In this document: positions 26,291 to 35,720 of the stretch, one piece after another
How positions within the stretch are numbered: the first letter of the stretch is position 1
Layout: the number at the start of each line of letters is the position of its first letter
IMG/VR virus record: IMGVR_UViG_3300045988_168563
Span: 1 to 64,000 of that record
Length of the DNA stretch: 64,000 nt
From: a virus
Direction: 5' to 3' (one strand)
Notes under the pieces: model-generated
What the model was told of the DNA's origin: nothing
The model's input: the letters and a program-made list of their open reading frames with translations, nothing else
The model's database searches: none
Made by a program: the position numbers and the translations under genes

Positions 26291-26875
26291 TTACTTTGCT
26301 TTATCTAGTTTGATCTTTATCTCCTTCATGAAGTACTCCCTGAACTCAGGTAGACGCTCAAGCGTGTAGATTAGCATGCCCGCTACTCTGGTTGGTGGTA
26401 CTCCATCTTCGATCTCTTGCTTAACGTTGGTGTCCCCGATCTCGTTTATTCTGATTCTCCGTAGATCACCTTGGTGTTCGTATTCTATCTGTATACTCCC
26501 TCGTGCTATCATTCTCACCTCATCTGGCTTTTCCTGTGCGAGATCCTTGATGTCCACCTTGATTCTGATATCTCCTCTCATCCAGATTGACTCCCCAACA
26601 TATAAGACTCCTGACAGCTGTAGCATCTCCATGATTGTGGTCATTCGCATTATCTCGGGTCCCATGCGTTGGATTTTCTTGACACATGATGCTATATGCT
26701 CATAGGCTCGTCTTTCACCCCTACCTAGCATGTAGTAGTCTAAGCCAACACCACAGACTTTTGCAATTTCTATCCCTTTCTTCTTTCGGTTCTTCCTTTT
26801 CCTTTGTTCGATTGGACTCTTTCTCCTGTAAATCTCTTGAGCCTCAGAGACCAGGTGAATTAATTTCATATCCAT
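26291..26875 (-). CDS. hypothetical basic protein, paralog of 26885..27481
   Basis: Basic N-terminus (RKRKNRKKKG); C-terminal EFREYFMKEIKIKLDK parallels EFERIFVEKIEKWLSK in the neighbour. Confidence 0.5.
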   Translation of the reverse strand: MDMKLIHLVSEAQEIYRRKSPIEQRKRKNRKKKGIEIAKVCGVGLDYYMLGRGERRAYEHIASCVKKIQRMGPEIMRMTTIMEMLQLSGVLYVGESIWMRGDIRIKVDIKDLAQEKPDEVRMIARGSIQIEYEHQGDLRRIRINEIGDTNVKQEIEDGVPPTRVAGMLIYTLERLPEFREYFMKEIKIKLDKAK

Positions 26876-26884
26876 ACTCTTGTC

Positions 26885-27481
26885 TTATTTACTTAGCCAT
26901 TTCTCTATCTTTTCTACAAAGATTCTTTCGAACTCATCGAACTCCTGAAGGACGAAGTTTAGTAGCTCCTCAATCATTTCATTCGAATTGATCATATTGC
27001 CCTTTACACTTGTCGTCATCGGCATTCTCTCTGGTATATAGAGGGCTGTAGCTCCTCCTGATGATTGCCGCATCACCACCTTTATGTAGATGTAGTCTTT
27101 TTCATGAGAGTTCTCTGCCTTCCTCAGCTTCACAATGATAAAGTTCTCCTTCTTCTCTGTTTCATACTCGTCGAATAGCTCCTCGACTGTTGTAATCTTC
27201 TTGCTTGTCAGCTCTCTCGCGATCTGGATGATATACCACATCCGTCTCCTCAGTTTGTTAACCTTGAGGAGAGATGATGCCACCTTCTGCACCTTTCTTC
27301 TCTCCACTCTTGGAGCCGTCGAGTAGTAGATGTTTTCTATATTCAGCATCCTACAAATAGCATACACAGTATTATCCCTGTGCTTCTTCTTTACCTCTTT
27401 GAGTCTTTGTACATCTAGGGCTTTCTTGGATACTTGCTCTAATAGGCCTTTAAGATCTGTTGTCCCTTCTTTCCTGTCCAT
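26885..27481 (-). CDS. hypothetical basic protein, paralog of 26291..26875
   Basis: See the paralog entry; ORF track. Confidence 0.5.
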   Translation of the reverse strand: MDRKEGTTDLKGLLEQVSKKALDVQRLKEVKKKHRDNTVYAICRMLNIENIYYSTAPRVERRKVQKVASSLLKVNKLRRRMWYIIQIARELTSKKITTVEELFDEYETEKKENFIIVKLRKAENSHEKDYIYIKVVMRQSSGGATALYIPERMPMTTSVKGNMINSNEMIEELLNFVLQEFDEFERIFVEKIEKWLSK

Positions 27482-27497
27482 AGCTTATACTATTAAA

Positions 27498-27521
27498 GGC
27501 CCCCTCGTACTTGAGGAGGCC
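27498..27521 (-). terminator. hairpin terminator after CDS 27528..27824
   Basis: ggcctcctc..gagggggcc stem followed by TTTAAT on the minus strand. Confidence 0.5.
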
Positions 27522-27527
27522 CTGATT

Positions 27528-27824
27528 CTACTTCACTTGTTTGAACTCCTCTTTGAGTTCACTATTATCGAACACACCGAATATGCAGGTATCCCTACTG
27601 TACAGGAAGTGATCACCTTTCTCTAGTTCGATGTGTCGGTTTCGGAAATTGAAGAAGAGGCTTTGTGCATCTTCTAGCACTATTGTATTTGACCCTAGAG
27701 GCACGAAAATCCCCATCTTGTTGTCTGGGTCGTGCAGGATGTCGTAGAACTCCTTGAAGTTTTTGCCTGTGTATTGTAGGCCCTTGAACTCAAAACCGTC
27801 CGAGCTTCTGTATGTCTTAACCAT
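27528..27824 (-). CDS. hypothetical protein
   Basis: ORF track. Confidence 0.5.
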   Translation of the reverse strand: MVKTYRSSDGFEFKGLQYTGKNFKEFYDILHDPDNKMGIFVPLGSNTIVLEDAQSLFFNFRNRHIELEKGDHFLYSRDTCIFGVFDNSELKEEFKQVK

Positions 27825-28101
27825 TCTTCGATTGCTTTAGTGTGTGATAGATTTCATCTGCGATCCACTCCTTGACCTCTTCTTCCATCTCTGGGAAGGT
27901 CTTGTCTACGCAGAGCTCTACTGAGTATGCTGGATGTATAGCGTGTGCCTCCCATCCTTTAGCTGTGGGCTTCCTGTAGGCGAAGATGCGCATTCCCCAC
28001 ATAGGATCCCATACCTCCCTTGAGATTCCGTCTTCCTTACCAGCTGGGCTTGTCCACTCTGGATCCTTCAGCTGTTCTTTGATTTGTTCCTTGGTGATCA
28101 T
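27817..28101 (-). CDS. small protein distantly related to the LKPLEW family
   Basis: MITKEQIKEQLKDPEW... and C-terminal EEEVKEWIADEIYHTL echo the 22.4-23.5 kb paralogs. Confidence 0.45.
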   Translation of the reverse strand: MITKEQIKEQLKDPEWTSPAGKEDGISREVWDPMWGMRIFAYRKPTAKGWEAHAIHPAYSVELCVDKTFPEMEEEVKEWIADEIYHTLKQSKNG

Positions 28102-28148
28102 AGTTGTTGTTGCTTATTAGTTGTTGAGGAGGAGATAGTATGTCTCCC

Positions 28149-28403
28149 CTACTGATTTAGTATGAGGTTCTTATGATGCTCTCTGCAGATATCGAGGCCC
28201 TCTTCTACGGTTTTGCACTTCGTTCCAAAGAGCTCCAATGGTGATACGATCATAGCTTCATCATCTCGGACCATTACCTCATAGAGGACATCTAGATCTG
28301 ATTGTGCGTAGTAGTTGTAACTCCTTATGTATGGGTATTCCTTGAAGCGTAGTGGTTGGTGTCCCCTTAGTTCATCTTTGTCCATAGGTCTTTGTATTAA
28401 CAA
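28149..28403 (-). CDS. hypothetical small protein
   Basis: ORF track. Confidence 0.5.
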   Translation of the reverse strand: MLIQRPMDKDELRGHQPLRFKEYPYIRSYNYYAQSDLDVLYEVMVRDDEAMIVSPLELFGTKCKTVEEGLDICREHHKNLILNQ

Positions 28404-28460
28404 AGCATCCCCAGCCCTCCCATAGAAGAACCGGGGACACCTTGATTGTTAATTACTAGC

Positions 28461-29081
28461 CTAGTAGTTCTTACCGTGCTTGTAGGGGCGCATCTCGTTG
28501 TAGCGCATCTTGACTTGGATGTGCTTCATCAGATCAATACCCATAAGCTCAGCGATGATGTTAACCTCTGCGATGATGTGACAGAGCGAGCCTACAAAGC
28601 CGTACTCCAGGTCAATCTTTGCTGCAGCTCGCATGATAAACCATACGTGCGATGGCATAGAGAGCTCCTTGTAGTCTTCCATACGTCCCTCTTCCTCAAG
28701 AGTGCGCTTGATCTTCTGCTCGATCATGATGAGCGAGTCTACGAGGTGTGTGCGCATCTCACTCTCTCCGTTGTTAGCCAGAGCGTCAAGCGCGCGGATG
28801 ACTACGTCTGCAGCCTCGTCCTCCCAGTTGTTCTTGACCTCTTCCTCAAAGCGCTTCTTGAACTTCTCATCATCGGTCTCGTTGATAAGCTCGTCAAGAT
28901 CTACCTTGGTGATGAGCCCTGCTCGGTGAGCATTGATCATCTCCCCAAGCTCAGAGACGATCATCCCCTGGTAGTGCGAGGGTGGAAGCTCCTCATCCCA
29001 GAAGCCCTTGTTGACTGCGTTCTTGTGGATCTCGACACCGATGAGGGCGAGATTGCCCCAGTTAAATTCTCCTTGATACAT
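28461..29081 (-). CDS. MazG-like all-alpha nucleoside triphosphate pyrophosphohydrolase
   Basis: IVSELGEMINAHR, WEDEAADVVIRALD and C-terminal HIQVKMRYNEMRPYKHGKNY fit the MazG/dimeric-dUTPase-like EExxE/D pattern. The + ORF 28446..29165 is antisense. Confidence 0.55.
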   Translation of the reverse strand: MYQGEFNWGNLALIGVEIHKNAVNKGFWDEELPPSHYQGMIVSELGEMINAHRAGLITKVDLDELINETDDEKFKKRFEEEVKNNWEDEAADVVIRALDALANNGESEMRTHLVDSLIMIEQKIKRTLEEEGRMEDYKELSMPSHVWFIMRAAAKIDLEYGFVGSLCHIIAEVNIIAELMGIDLMKHIQVKMRYNEMRPYKHGKNY

Positions 29082-29092
29082 GTTCTTACTTG

Positions 29093-29743
29093 TTATATTA
29101 CTGTGAATCGTTCAGACAGTTCTTTGCTGTACTTGATCCTGATTAGTTTACCCTTTGTGATATGACTGCTACTTATTCGTCTCATCCTTACGGCATCATC
29201 GACAAAGTTCTGAAGAGTCCTCTTTGAGTACATGACGATATTCGAGAGAATGAACTGCACAGTCTGATCATCTTCACCTCCCTTGAGTTTGATAACTCGA
29301 TCGGCGTATATCTCTGGGAACACTGATGGGACGTATTGTTCTACTCCAAACTTCTCCATGTACTGATCTATATACCACTGGTTGAACTCATAGGGCTTGC
29401 CTGCCCCTATAGAGCACAGTTCTAGCATGTGGAATTGGCTCTGATGGGTCCAGTCTAGGTCTGGCCTGATTGGGATCACTATGTGGTTATCTCTCATCGC
29501 AAGGATGGATAACCCTATGGATATGACTCCATCCTTTACGGCTATCTCTATAGTCTTGCCTTCCCTATCATAGTAGGTGCTGGGCATAAAGACCTCGAGC
29601 TTGAGCATCTCTCTTAGCTCTTGACTCTCCTCTTTGTTCTCTTCCTCAAGGACTGCTAGCTGTGTTGCTAGGTTCCCGAAGAGAGCTATCCTTTCTCTCA
29701 GATCGCTATCCATTTCTAAATTCATTTGTGACCTTGAACACAT
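29093..29743 (-). CDS. hypothetical protein
   Basis: ORF track. Confidence 0.5.
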   Translation of the reverse strand: MCSRSQMNLEMDSDLRERIALFGNLATQLAVLEEENKEESQELREMLKLEVFMPSTYYDREGKTIEIAVKDGVISIGLSILAMRDNHIVIPIRPDLDWTHQSQFHMLELCSIGAGKPYEFNQWYIDQYMEKFGVEQYVPSVFPEIYADRVIKLKGGEDDQTVQFILSNIVMYSKRTLQNFVDDAVRMRRISSSHITKGKLIRIKYSKELSERFTVI

Positions 29744-30275
29744 TGATGTAGCAATAGTGGTCTAGGTCAGGGTCGTTGTTACTCCATTCCTTGAACTCCT
29801 TAGATGACCTGAGGTTTGTACCTGAGACTTCCTGGGCGAACTTGATAGCTTCTTCTACTGAGTGAAAGTACTCGGTCCCGTCCTTGCCGTCGATAGAGTA
29901 GTCTACCTTAGCTCGTTCAGGGTAAGTATTACCCTCTGCGTCGTTAGTCTCGTAGATCTCACATCCTGGCTCTTCCTCAATATACAAGATATCAAGGTTA
30001 GGGAATACCTCAAGGAGGAGATTAGGGAACTCGGTCATACACCAGGCTTCCTCAGTGGTGATGACCAGTACCCCATCCTCTAGCGAGAAGTCTTGCACAA
30101 AGGCTCGTAGCTGATGGTCTTCTAAGGATTTCCGGTCAAAGCCTAGTCCCATAAGAACGCTTCCAGCCCAGTCGGGATGTTCCGACTCTTTCATCTTGAG
30201 GAGAGCATCATAGATCTCTTGCAGTTCTTTTTCCTCTCCTCTGATAGTGTATTGTATTGAATCCCAGTTTGGCAT
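29706..30275 (-). CDS. DUF1281/Api92-like ferredoxin-fold protein (tentative), paralog A
   Basis: N-terminal MPNWDSIQYTIRGEEKEL resembles the MPNWC.N.L.i.G start of DUF1281. Paralogous to 30277..30894. Confidence 0.4.
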   Translation of the reverse strand: MPNWDSIQYTIRGEEKELQEIYDALLKMKESEHPDWAGSVLMGLGFDRKSLEDHQLRAFVQDFSLEDGVLVITTEEAWCMTEFPNLLLEVFPNLDILYIEEEPGCEIYETNDAEGNTYPERAKVDYSIDGKDGTEYFHSVEEAIKFAQEVSGTNLRSSKEFKEWSNNDPDLDHYCYINVFKVTNEFRNG

Positions 30276-30276
30276 A

Positions 30277-30894
30277 TTAGTCTGATATTGAGAACTCGTT
30301 GATGTAGATGTAGTCGTCAGTGCCCTCGTCGTACTCTTGGTCGTTATTCCAACAGTCTACCTCTAAGAGCTCGCTGAAGGCGATGTCTGTTAGCTTGTAG
30401 GCGATATCAAGAGCTTCATCCTCGGTCTTGACGTACTCGGTACCGGTCTTGTCTCCTACCTTGTAGTCTACTCGGTATCTCTGTGGGAAGTACTTCCCTT
30501 CCTTATCGTTAGTCTTGAGGATCCCACACTCGCGCATGACCTCACGATAGTAGATCTTTATATCCTTGAACTCCTCGGCTAGGCAGTGCATAAACTCTAA
30601 CTTGCCGTACATCTCTTCTGTCTCAAGGCGTAGTGTGACTGGCGATTCGGATAGATCTACCTCGATAGAGTTGAGGTAGGATCGTGGGCAGACTACCTGT
30701 GGGTCTCCCTTAACTGCACCTAGGTCGTATAGCATACCACCAAGCCATGTATTGCCATTGCTCTGCATGTACTTGTTGATAACGCCATTGATGTACCCTA
30801 GGATCATCTGAGGTCCCTCGATGACGTATGAGACCGATGAGTATCTTGCTGTATCCATTATTGTGTTAGTTTGTATTTTGCTCTGTGGGCTCAT
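30277..30894 (-). CDS. paralog B of 29706..30275
   Basis: Shared blocks: TNDKEGKYFPQRYRVDYKVGDKTGTEY / TNDAEGNTYPERAKVDYSIDGKDGTEY, and C-terminal YIYINEF / YCYINVF. Confidence 0.45.
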   Translation of the reverse strand: MSPQSKIQTNTIMDTARYSSVSYVIEGPQMILGYINGVINKYMQSNGNTWLGGMLYDLGAVKGDPQVVCPRSYLNSIEVDLSESPVTLRLETEEMYGKLEFMHCLAEEFKDIKIYYREVMRECGILKTNDKEGKYFPQRYRVDYKVGDKTGTEYVKTEDEALDIAYKLTDIAFSELLEVDCWNNDQEYDEGTDDYIYINEFSISD

Positions 30895-31286
30895 TTCCGG
30901 CCCTGTGACGGCTTCAAATCTCCTCCCTGGACACTTGTAGCCTGTAGCGATTCTGCGGCCCCCTGAAGCTGTTCTACGCTTCTAGCCATAAAGAGTAGCT
31001 TTGAGGAGACGGTTCCTGCGCTGTCGGTGACGAGGTAAAGACCGAAATAACTCTCGGCTTCCTCATTGGCATCGATGGCGTAGAGGACCTTATGGGTAGG
31101 CGTGTCTTTGAGGAAGGTGATGAGACCAGGCTCGAAGTCTGTGTACTTCTTGCTCTCATCCACCTGCCACAAGAGTGATGTCTCTGTCTTCTTTTCTTCC
31201 TCAAGCGTTCTTATGGCGAGTGCAGCTGCCCATATCACTAGTCCTATGAGGAAGAAAATGATTATGAATCTGAGTACTTCTTTCAT
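30891..31286 (-). CDS. signal-anchored/secreted hypothetical protein
   Basis: N-terminal TM helix FIIIFFLIGLVIWAAALAI; ORF track. Confidence 0.5.
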   Translation of the reverse strand: MKEVLRFIIIFFLIGLVIWAAALAIRTLEEEKKTETSLLWQVDESKKYTDFEPGLITFLKDTPTHKVLYAIDANEEAESYFGLYLVTDSAGTVSSKLLFMARSVEQLQGAAESLQATSVQGGDLKPSQGRK

Positions 31287-31302
31287 TGCTTATACTAATA
31301 AA

Positions 31303-31333
31303 GCCCACACCACCGTATTAGGGCGATGTGGGC
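31303..31333 (-). terminator. intrinsic terminator after CDS 31340..31948
   Basis: gcccaca..tgtgggc stem followed by TTTATT on the minus strand. Confidence 0.55.
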
Positions 31334-31339
31334 GTATGG

Positions 31340-31948
31340 TTAGAGTTTGATGGTGTCTCTGATGATTTCCAGCATGAGCTTCATATCTATGTAGCTCTCG
31401 GTGTTGGCACGTGACTGCTCTAGGAAGCCACCATCCTTTGTCTCATCTTCTCGCTTCTTGATCTCCTCAAGGACGTGCGCTGCAGCTTCCTTGATCTGTC
31501 TGAGCTGCTTCTTGGGATCTTTAGGAATCACAGGCTCGTCCTCTTCTTCCTTGTTGTAGGTGCTCTTGATCTTAGTCATGATGGTATCAGCTACCTTAAC
31601 CATCAGGCCTGAGTGTAGGTAATTGGCTATGTCAAAGATGAAGTCTCGGTCTTCCTCAAGGATACGATCCTGAGCGCAGAAGGATAAAACCTCTGCTACA
31701 TTGCGAGGATTGACTTGCTTACCTCGGTCCTTTGGATCCTTCTTGAGTTCCTTGAGCAACTCGCGTCGTGCGTAGTCAAGGGCTTTGAGGAGATCCTCCT
31801 TGCCTCCCTTGTCACGGAAGCGGATTACGTACTTGAGGATACATCCCTCTGCGAAAGAGAGGTTGAGGTTCTCGATGAGATCTAGAGGTTGGTAGTCGTA
31901 TCCCTTGTAGTGTTCTCCGCCTACCTGGATTGATTCTAGCTTATCCAT
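31340..31948 (-). CDS. DUF3310-family protein (paralog 1)
   Basis: GGEHYKGYDYQPLDLIENLNLSFAEGCILKYVIRFRDKGGKEDLLKALDYARREL fits the DUF3310 core (HY...i......f..gN.iKY..R...K....eDL.KA..Y). Confidence 0.55.
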   Translation of the reverse strand: MDKLESIQVGGEHYKGYDYQPLDLIENLNLSFAEGCILKYVIRFRDKGGKEDLLKALDYARRELLKELKKDPKDRGKQVNPRNVAEVLSFCAQDRILEEDRDFIFDIANYLHSGLMVKVADTIMTKIKSTYNKEEEDEPVIPKDPKKQLRQIKEAAAHVLEEIKKREDETKDGGFLEQSRANTESYIDMKLMLEIIRDTIKL

Positions 31949-32175
31949 TTCTTACTTGTTCTTGTTGGTTCGTTAATTTGTTCTTGTACTCTTGCTATAT
32001 AGGTGCTTGTGTCATCTATATGCTCCCTCAGATTTCTTAGCTCTTGGATTGATGGGTATCGATTCTCGAACTCACATCGATCTATGAGCATGTCTAGGTT
32101 GTGTTCTAGGACAACGAGCGTCGCTGATGCGTCACTAAGGTTGGCCAGGATCGTTTCTTTTGTACTCTGTTCCAT
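31936..32175 (-). CDS. hypothetical small protein
   Basis: ORF track; overlaps both DUF3310 genes. Confidence 0.4.
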   Translation of the reverse strand: MEQSTKETILANLSDASATLVVLEHNLDMLIDRCEFENRYPSIQELRNLREHIDDTSTYIARVQEQINEPTRTSKKWIS

Positions 32176-32572
32176 GTTCGTGTGTAGGATACTCTATCTT
32201 CATCTGCATATCGATAAGGTGAGCGAGCTCTGCCATCTGGTAGTTGCAGATAAGCGTTATTACGATCATGAGGAAGTCCTGAGTTGTCTTGTCGAACTCC
32301 TTCTGCGAGACAAAGTCGCAGACCATTCTGAGATTATCCATCTCCTCAAGAACGATGCCATAGGTTGTCACGCGACTTGGGTAGCTATGACCGAACTCAG
32401 CGTAGTTTCTTGCTTTCTTCAGGTCCTGTAGGCCATTCTTCTTGCGATATCGCACGAGATACTTTAGGATGTTACCCTGGATGAAGTCGAACTTCATATC
32501 AGTGATAAACTTGATAGGCTCGTACTGATAACCCTTGTAGTGGGCTTCTCCTTGGTACTCTGCTTTTTCCAT
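32135..32572 (-). CDS. DUF3310-family protein (paralog 2)
   Basis: GEAHYKGYQYEPIKFITDMKFDFIQGNILKYLVRYRKKNGLQDLKKARNYAEF. Confidence 0.55.
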   Translation of the reverse strand: MEKAEYQGEAHYKGYQYEPIKFITDMKFDFIQGNILKYLVRYRKKNGLQDLKKARNYAEFGHSYPSRVTTYGIVLEEMDNLRMVCDFVSQKEFDKTTQDFLMIVITLICNYQMAELAHLIDMQMKIEYPTHEHGTEYKRNDPGQP

Positions 32573-32576
32573 ATTG

Positions 32577-33140
32577 TTACTCTTTTTCTTTTGTGAGTTG
32601 AATTATCTCTTCGTCTAAGTCGATGCCAAGGATCCATCCGATAAGGAAGAGATCCTTCATTGCCCATAGAGTGTACTTTGCATCTTCCATGCTTCTGTAC
32701 ACGTTTGCAGCTAACCTAGCTTCAAAGTCAAAGGACTTGATATACTCTACAGTCTTTGGGTCCTCAACAAAGCTCGCATTGTAGAACGCTGGAAGGATAA
32801 ACTCGTACGTATATGTTGGACTTTCTACGATCTCTGTTATCTCTGCGTTCTGTACGACCGTCTCTGCGATCATCATCAGATAGTCGTAGATGTGATTGCC
32901 AGTTTTTTCAGCCGTAACTTGACCTTCCTTGTGGTTTCCGTACTTGAGGAAGCCGATAAGTGTGTCCACTCTATGCGCTGCAAGTCTCGTCTCTTCCTGG
33001 CTTGGTCTAATCTGTCGCTTAGCGTTGTAGAGTCGTAGGGCTGTAATCATGTCTACATAGCGCTTGCGTAGTAGCTTTAAGCCTTCTTCTTTTGAGGTCT
33101 TTGCGTACTCTATGCAGATCTCTCTTGCTGTCTTGCTCAT
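32577..33140 (-). CDS. hypothetical protein
   Basis: ORF track. Confidence 0.5.
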   Translation of the reverse strand: MSKTAREICIEYAKTSKEEGLKLLRKRYVDMITALRLYNAKRQIRPSQEETRLAAHRVDTLIGFLKYGNHKEGQVTAEKTGNHIYDYLMMIAETVVQNAEITEIVESPTYTYEFILPAFYNASFVEDPKTVEYIKSFDFEARLAANVYRSMEDAKYTLWAMKDLFLIGWILGIDLDEEIIQLTKEKE

Positions 33141-33151
33141 ACTATCTTGTC

Positions 33152-33871
33152 TTACTTGTTGCGTTTCTTTCTTCGTTCTACCATCTTGTCCTCTGTACGT
33201 AGGACCGAGAGGAGGAGCGTCATCGTTGCCTCTTTCGTGAGTTGCTTAGGACTGGCAACCTTATCATCCCTATCCCAGAAGTGATGGTACATGAGGAAAC
33301 CAGGACCTGAGGATTCCATAGTTAGAACCCTATCTGTTCTGATGATATATTCTACCTGTCTATCTGTACCTGTGAATGTCTTGGCGTGGAATACACCGTC
33401 TACCTCATCGTACGCAGGGATGATGACATTGTTCTCTACCTGTCTCTTCATCTCCTCAGGATCGTACTGCGTAGGCATAACAGCATATTCCCACTCCCAG
33501 AAGCGGTCTACAAGGATGTTGAATGTTACTTCCCTGATCCTCTGTCGTACGAAGTTGCGATCTACAGAGCTTGTTCTAAAGCTGGTATGGTCAAACTCTT
33601 CCATAAATGAGTAGTTCACGTATGCAGCTGCTATGTGAGATGCAGCGTATGGTCCCCTAAAGAACGTTAGGTGCACCCTACGCTCGTTCTCGCCACTCAG
33701 TCTCTCCTCAGTATGCTGGATGTAATAACAGTACTTCTTGCTGTTGTTAGGCACCATGAGGTATATGGCCTTGAGTTCGTACGCATAATAGCGCCACGGC
33801 CAGTTAAGCTTGCATCCTGAGGGTAGCTCCACGAGCTTGTTCATAAGCCCCTCAGCGGTCTTTCTGTCCAT
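33152..33871 (-). CDS. hypothetical protein
   Basis: ORF track. Confidence 0.5.
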   Translation of the reverse strand: MDRKTAEGLMNKLVELPSGCKLNWPWRYYAYELKAIYLMVPNNSKKYCYYIQHTEERLSGENERRVHLTFFRGPYAASHIAAAYVNYSFMEEFDHTSFRTSSVDRNFVRQRIREVTFNILVDRFWEWEYAVMPTQYDPEEMKRQVENNVIIPAYDEVDGVFHAKTFTGTDRQVEYIIRTDRVLTMESSGPGFLMYHHFWDRDDKVASPKQLTKEATMTLLLSVLRTEDKMVERRKKRNK

Positions 33872-34083
33872 TACTTGTGATTCTTAGTTAGTCGTTCTAC
33901 TGTTCCGAGCATAGCTGCTGCTACGGCGAAGAGTGTGGCGTACCCGATCACCTGACCGATAAACCACAGGAAGATGTTGATATCCTCTTCCTTCCAGCCG
34001 TAAGTGCAGATGAGGAAGAGAATACCAAAGATTGATATCACTACTGATAGTGCGTACTGAGCGTTGTTGAGATATGGCTTCAT
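33871..34083 (-). CDS. small two-TM membrane protein
   Basis: ORF track; hydrophobic helices; preceded by a -7 box at 34103. Confidence 0.55.
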   Translation of the reverse strand: MKPYLNNAQYALSVVISIFGILFLICTYGWKEEDINIFLWFIGQVIGYATLFAVAAAMLGTVERLTKNHK

Positions 34084-34102
34084 AATCGTATTGTTGTTGT
34101 TG

Positions 34103-34110
34103 CAAAGGTA
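34103..34110 (-). promoter_or_regulatory. -7 box TACCTTTG
   Basis: Exact match on the minus strand, 20 nt upstream of ATG 34083. Confidence 0.55.
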
Positions 34111-34515
34111 CCCCTATTCTTTTAGGCCGTAAAGGTCCTAAGGCGTAATGCGTTAAGAATACCTGCTGGTTATACTATCTTCTCCTCAGGAGCTTTTCCT
34201 CAAGCCCCTGTTAGCTTGCTAGTTCATGCTAGCTCCTATATGTGTGTGCTATCTTATGGTATAGTGTCCTATGGTAAAGCGCAGGGTCTGATGTTCATAT
34301 AGTACGCCGCCTTCCCTATTTCTCTCTTCCTCAGACGACAATGCCACCACCTTACAAATGGCAGGCCGTACAAAGAGAACGGAAGGTAAGACGTACTATG
34401 TGAACACCCCTACTACAATCGGCAGGTGCGAAGCCGGAGTTCCCAGCGGCTCCACACGCCGGTCGTATTAACCCTGTACTCGGCTATAAGCGCGTAGCAC
34501 TTATAGACCGCTTAT

Positions 34516-34542
34516 ACAAAAAAGACCTCCCTAAGGAGGTCT
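34516..34542 (-). terminator. intrinsic terminator after CDS 34550..34852
   Basis: agacctcc-ttag-ggaggtct hairpin followed by TTTTTTG on the minus strand. Confidence 0.75.
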
Positions 34543-34549
34543 TTGCGCT

Positions 34550-34852
34550 TTACGCCTTGTAAAGGACGATAGTCTGGTGAGTCTGCTCGTGCGGTACTGG
34601 TCCGCAATAGACGGTGGCTCCCCATCCGATGGTCTTACCACGGACTACCTCTACAGGCTTCTCCGTGGTGAAGTCAAGACACATACGTGATGTATCCTGA
34701 TTATAATAGACGAGCTGACGCTTGATTCCAGCCTTGCGTACAAGGTCCAGGAAGTCGCGTAGCATCTGATTCCCAGCGGAAACGATATCAATCGCCTCAA
34801 TGACCGAAGTCACTGAGGGATTGAGTTCGTCCAAGATGACCATCTGGTTCAT
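34550..34852 (-). CDS. hypothetical protein
   Basis: ORF track. Confidence 0.5.
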   Translation of the reverse strand: MNQMVILDELNPSVTSVIEAIDIVSAGNQMLRDFLDLVRKAGIKRQLVYYNQDTSRMCLDFTTEKPVEVVRGKTIGWGATVYCGPVPHEQTHQTIVLYKA

Positions 34853-34862
34853 AGTCGTAAGG

Positions 34863-35360
34863 CTATAAGAAGTTCATCTTGTAGCGTGGGTCAGCCTCGT
34901 AGTTGCCGATGAACAGGTTGTACCCGGCAGGCTGATTGTCTACGATGCGCATCTGGAGGTTCACGTGGAACACCTGACCTGTCTGCTGCGTAAGGGCGAG
35001 TGCATCCTCGAAGACCTGAGGGCCTTCCTTGGTACCATTAACCCATACAGCGGTAGGCTTACCATCTACTCTGATGAAGGCCTGCTGGCGATCGCCATAC
35101 TGAGTCTTCATCACAAACGTACTGAGCACACCGAGCTTCTTGAGGTCAGCCATCTGCGTAAGCTCGATGGACTTAGTCGTAACCGTATAGGCGCGTGGGC
35201 GCTCTACTACGGTCTCAACAGCCTCCTCAAAAGGATTGACTGGAGTAGCTTCAGTAGCTTCAACGCCGTCTACGTGCATACCCTGAACTTCGGCGTTGTT
35301 AAGTTCAGTTGCGATGTTGGTCTGTGCAGCTTCAGCTGCGATCTTCGTCTTGCGTGCCAT
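34863..35360 (-). CDS. hypothetical protein (possible OB-fold-like C-terminal half)
   Basis: Start set at ATG 35360 (MARKTKIAAEAAQ...). The track ORF extends to 35588 only by reading Arg/Pro/Gly-rich translation of the G+C-rich leader. Confidence 0.5.
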   Translation of the reverse strand: MARKTKIAAEAAQTNIATELNNAEVQGMHVDGVEATEATPVNPFEEAVETVVERPRAYTVTTKSIELTQMADLKKLGVLSTFVMKTQYGDRQQAFIRVDGKPTAVWVNGTKEGPQVFEDALALTQQTGQVFHVNLQMRIVDNQPAGYNLFIGNYEADPRYKMNFL

Positions 35361-35563
35361 AATTGTATAACGCATTATAAGTGATGCTCTCTTCCCACCG
35401 TGGGTCGGGTAGCGGCGGTCCTTAGAGCGGACCATACTTGGTGAACCGGAGTCAACCGGCGGTACCTGCAGCTCCCTGCAGCCGGTAGAGACGTGGCGAT
35501 GCTTCGCACCGGCAATGTAGAGGCCGGGAGGATGGCGAAGGCGGAGCCACGGACGGCAGAAAG

Positions 35564-35584
35564 CCCCGACAAGGGATATCCCCC
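35564..35584. repeat. 21-mer CCCCGACAAGGGATATCCCCC, copy 1
   Basis: Identical to copy 2; contains the palindrome GGGATATCCC. Confidence 0.9.
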
Positions 35585-35673
35585 GCAAGCGGCAGGGCTA
35601 CCAACCGGAGGATACCATCCGGAGGTTGCCAGCCGGAGGGAATCCCAGCCAGGGCGCAGGCGTAAGCCCACAA

Positions 35674-35694
35674 CCCCGACAAGGGATATCCCCC
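35674..35694. repeat. 21-mer CCCCGACAAGGGATATCCCCC, copy 2
   Basis: Exact direct repeat 110 bp from copy 1. Confidence 0.9.
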
Positions 35695-35720
35695 GACGTT
35701 CGGCCGAAGGCCGCAGGGGA

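Larger units (their letters stand above)
35375..35720 (-). ncRNA. G+C-rich structured non-coding element (candidate leader RNA) with two copies of a 21-mer
   Basis: Visibly more G+C-rich than its flanks. Three overlapping junk ORFs in different frames. Long near-perfect stem ggctggcaacc...ggttggtagcc (minus sense). Direct repeats at 35564 and 35674. Confidence 0.35.
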
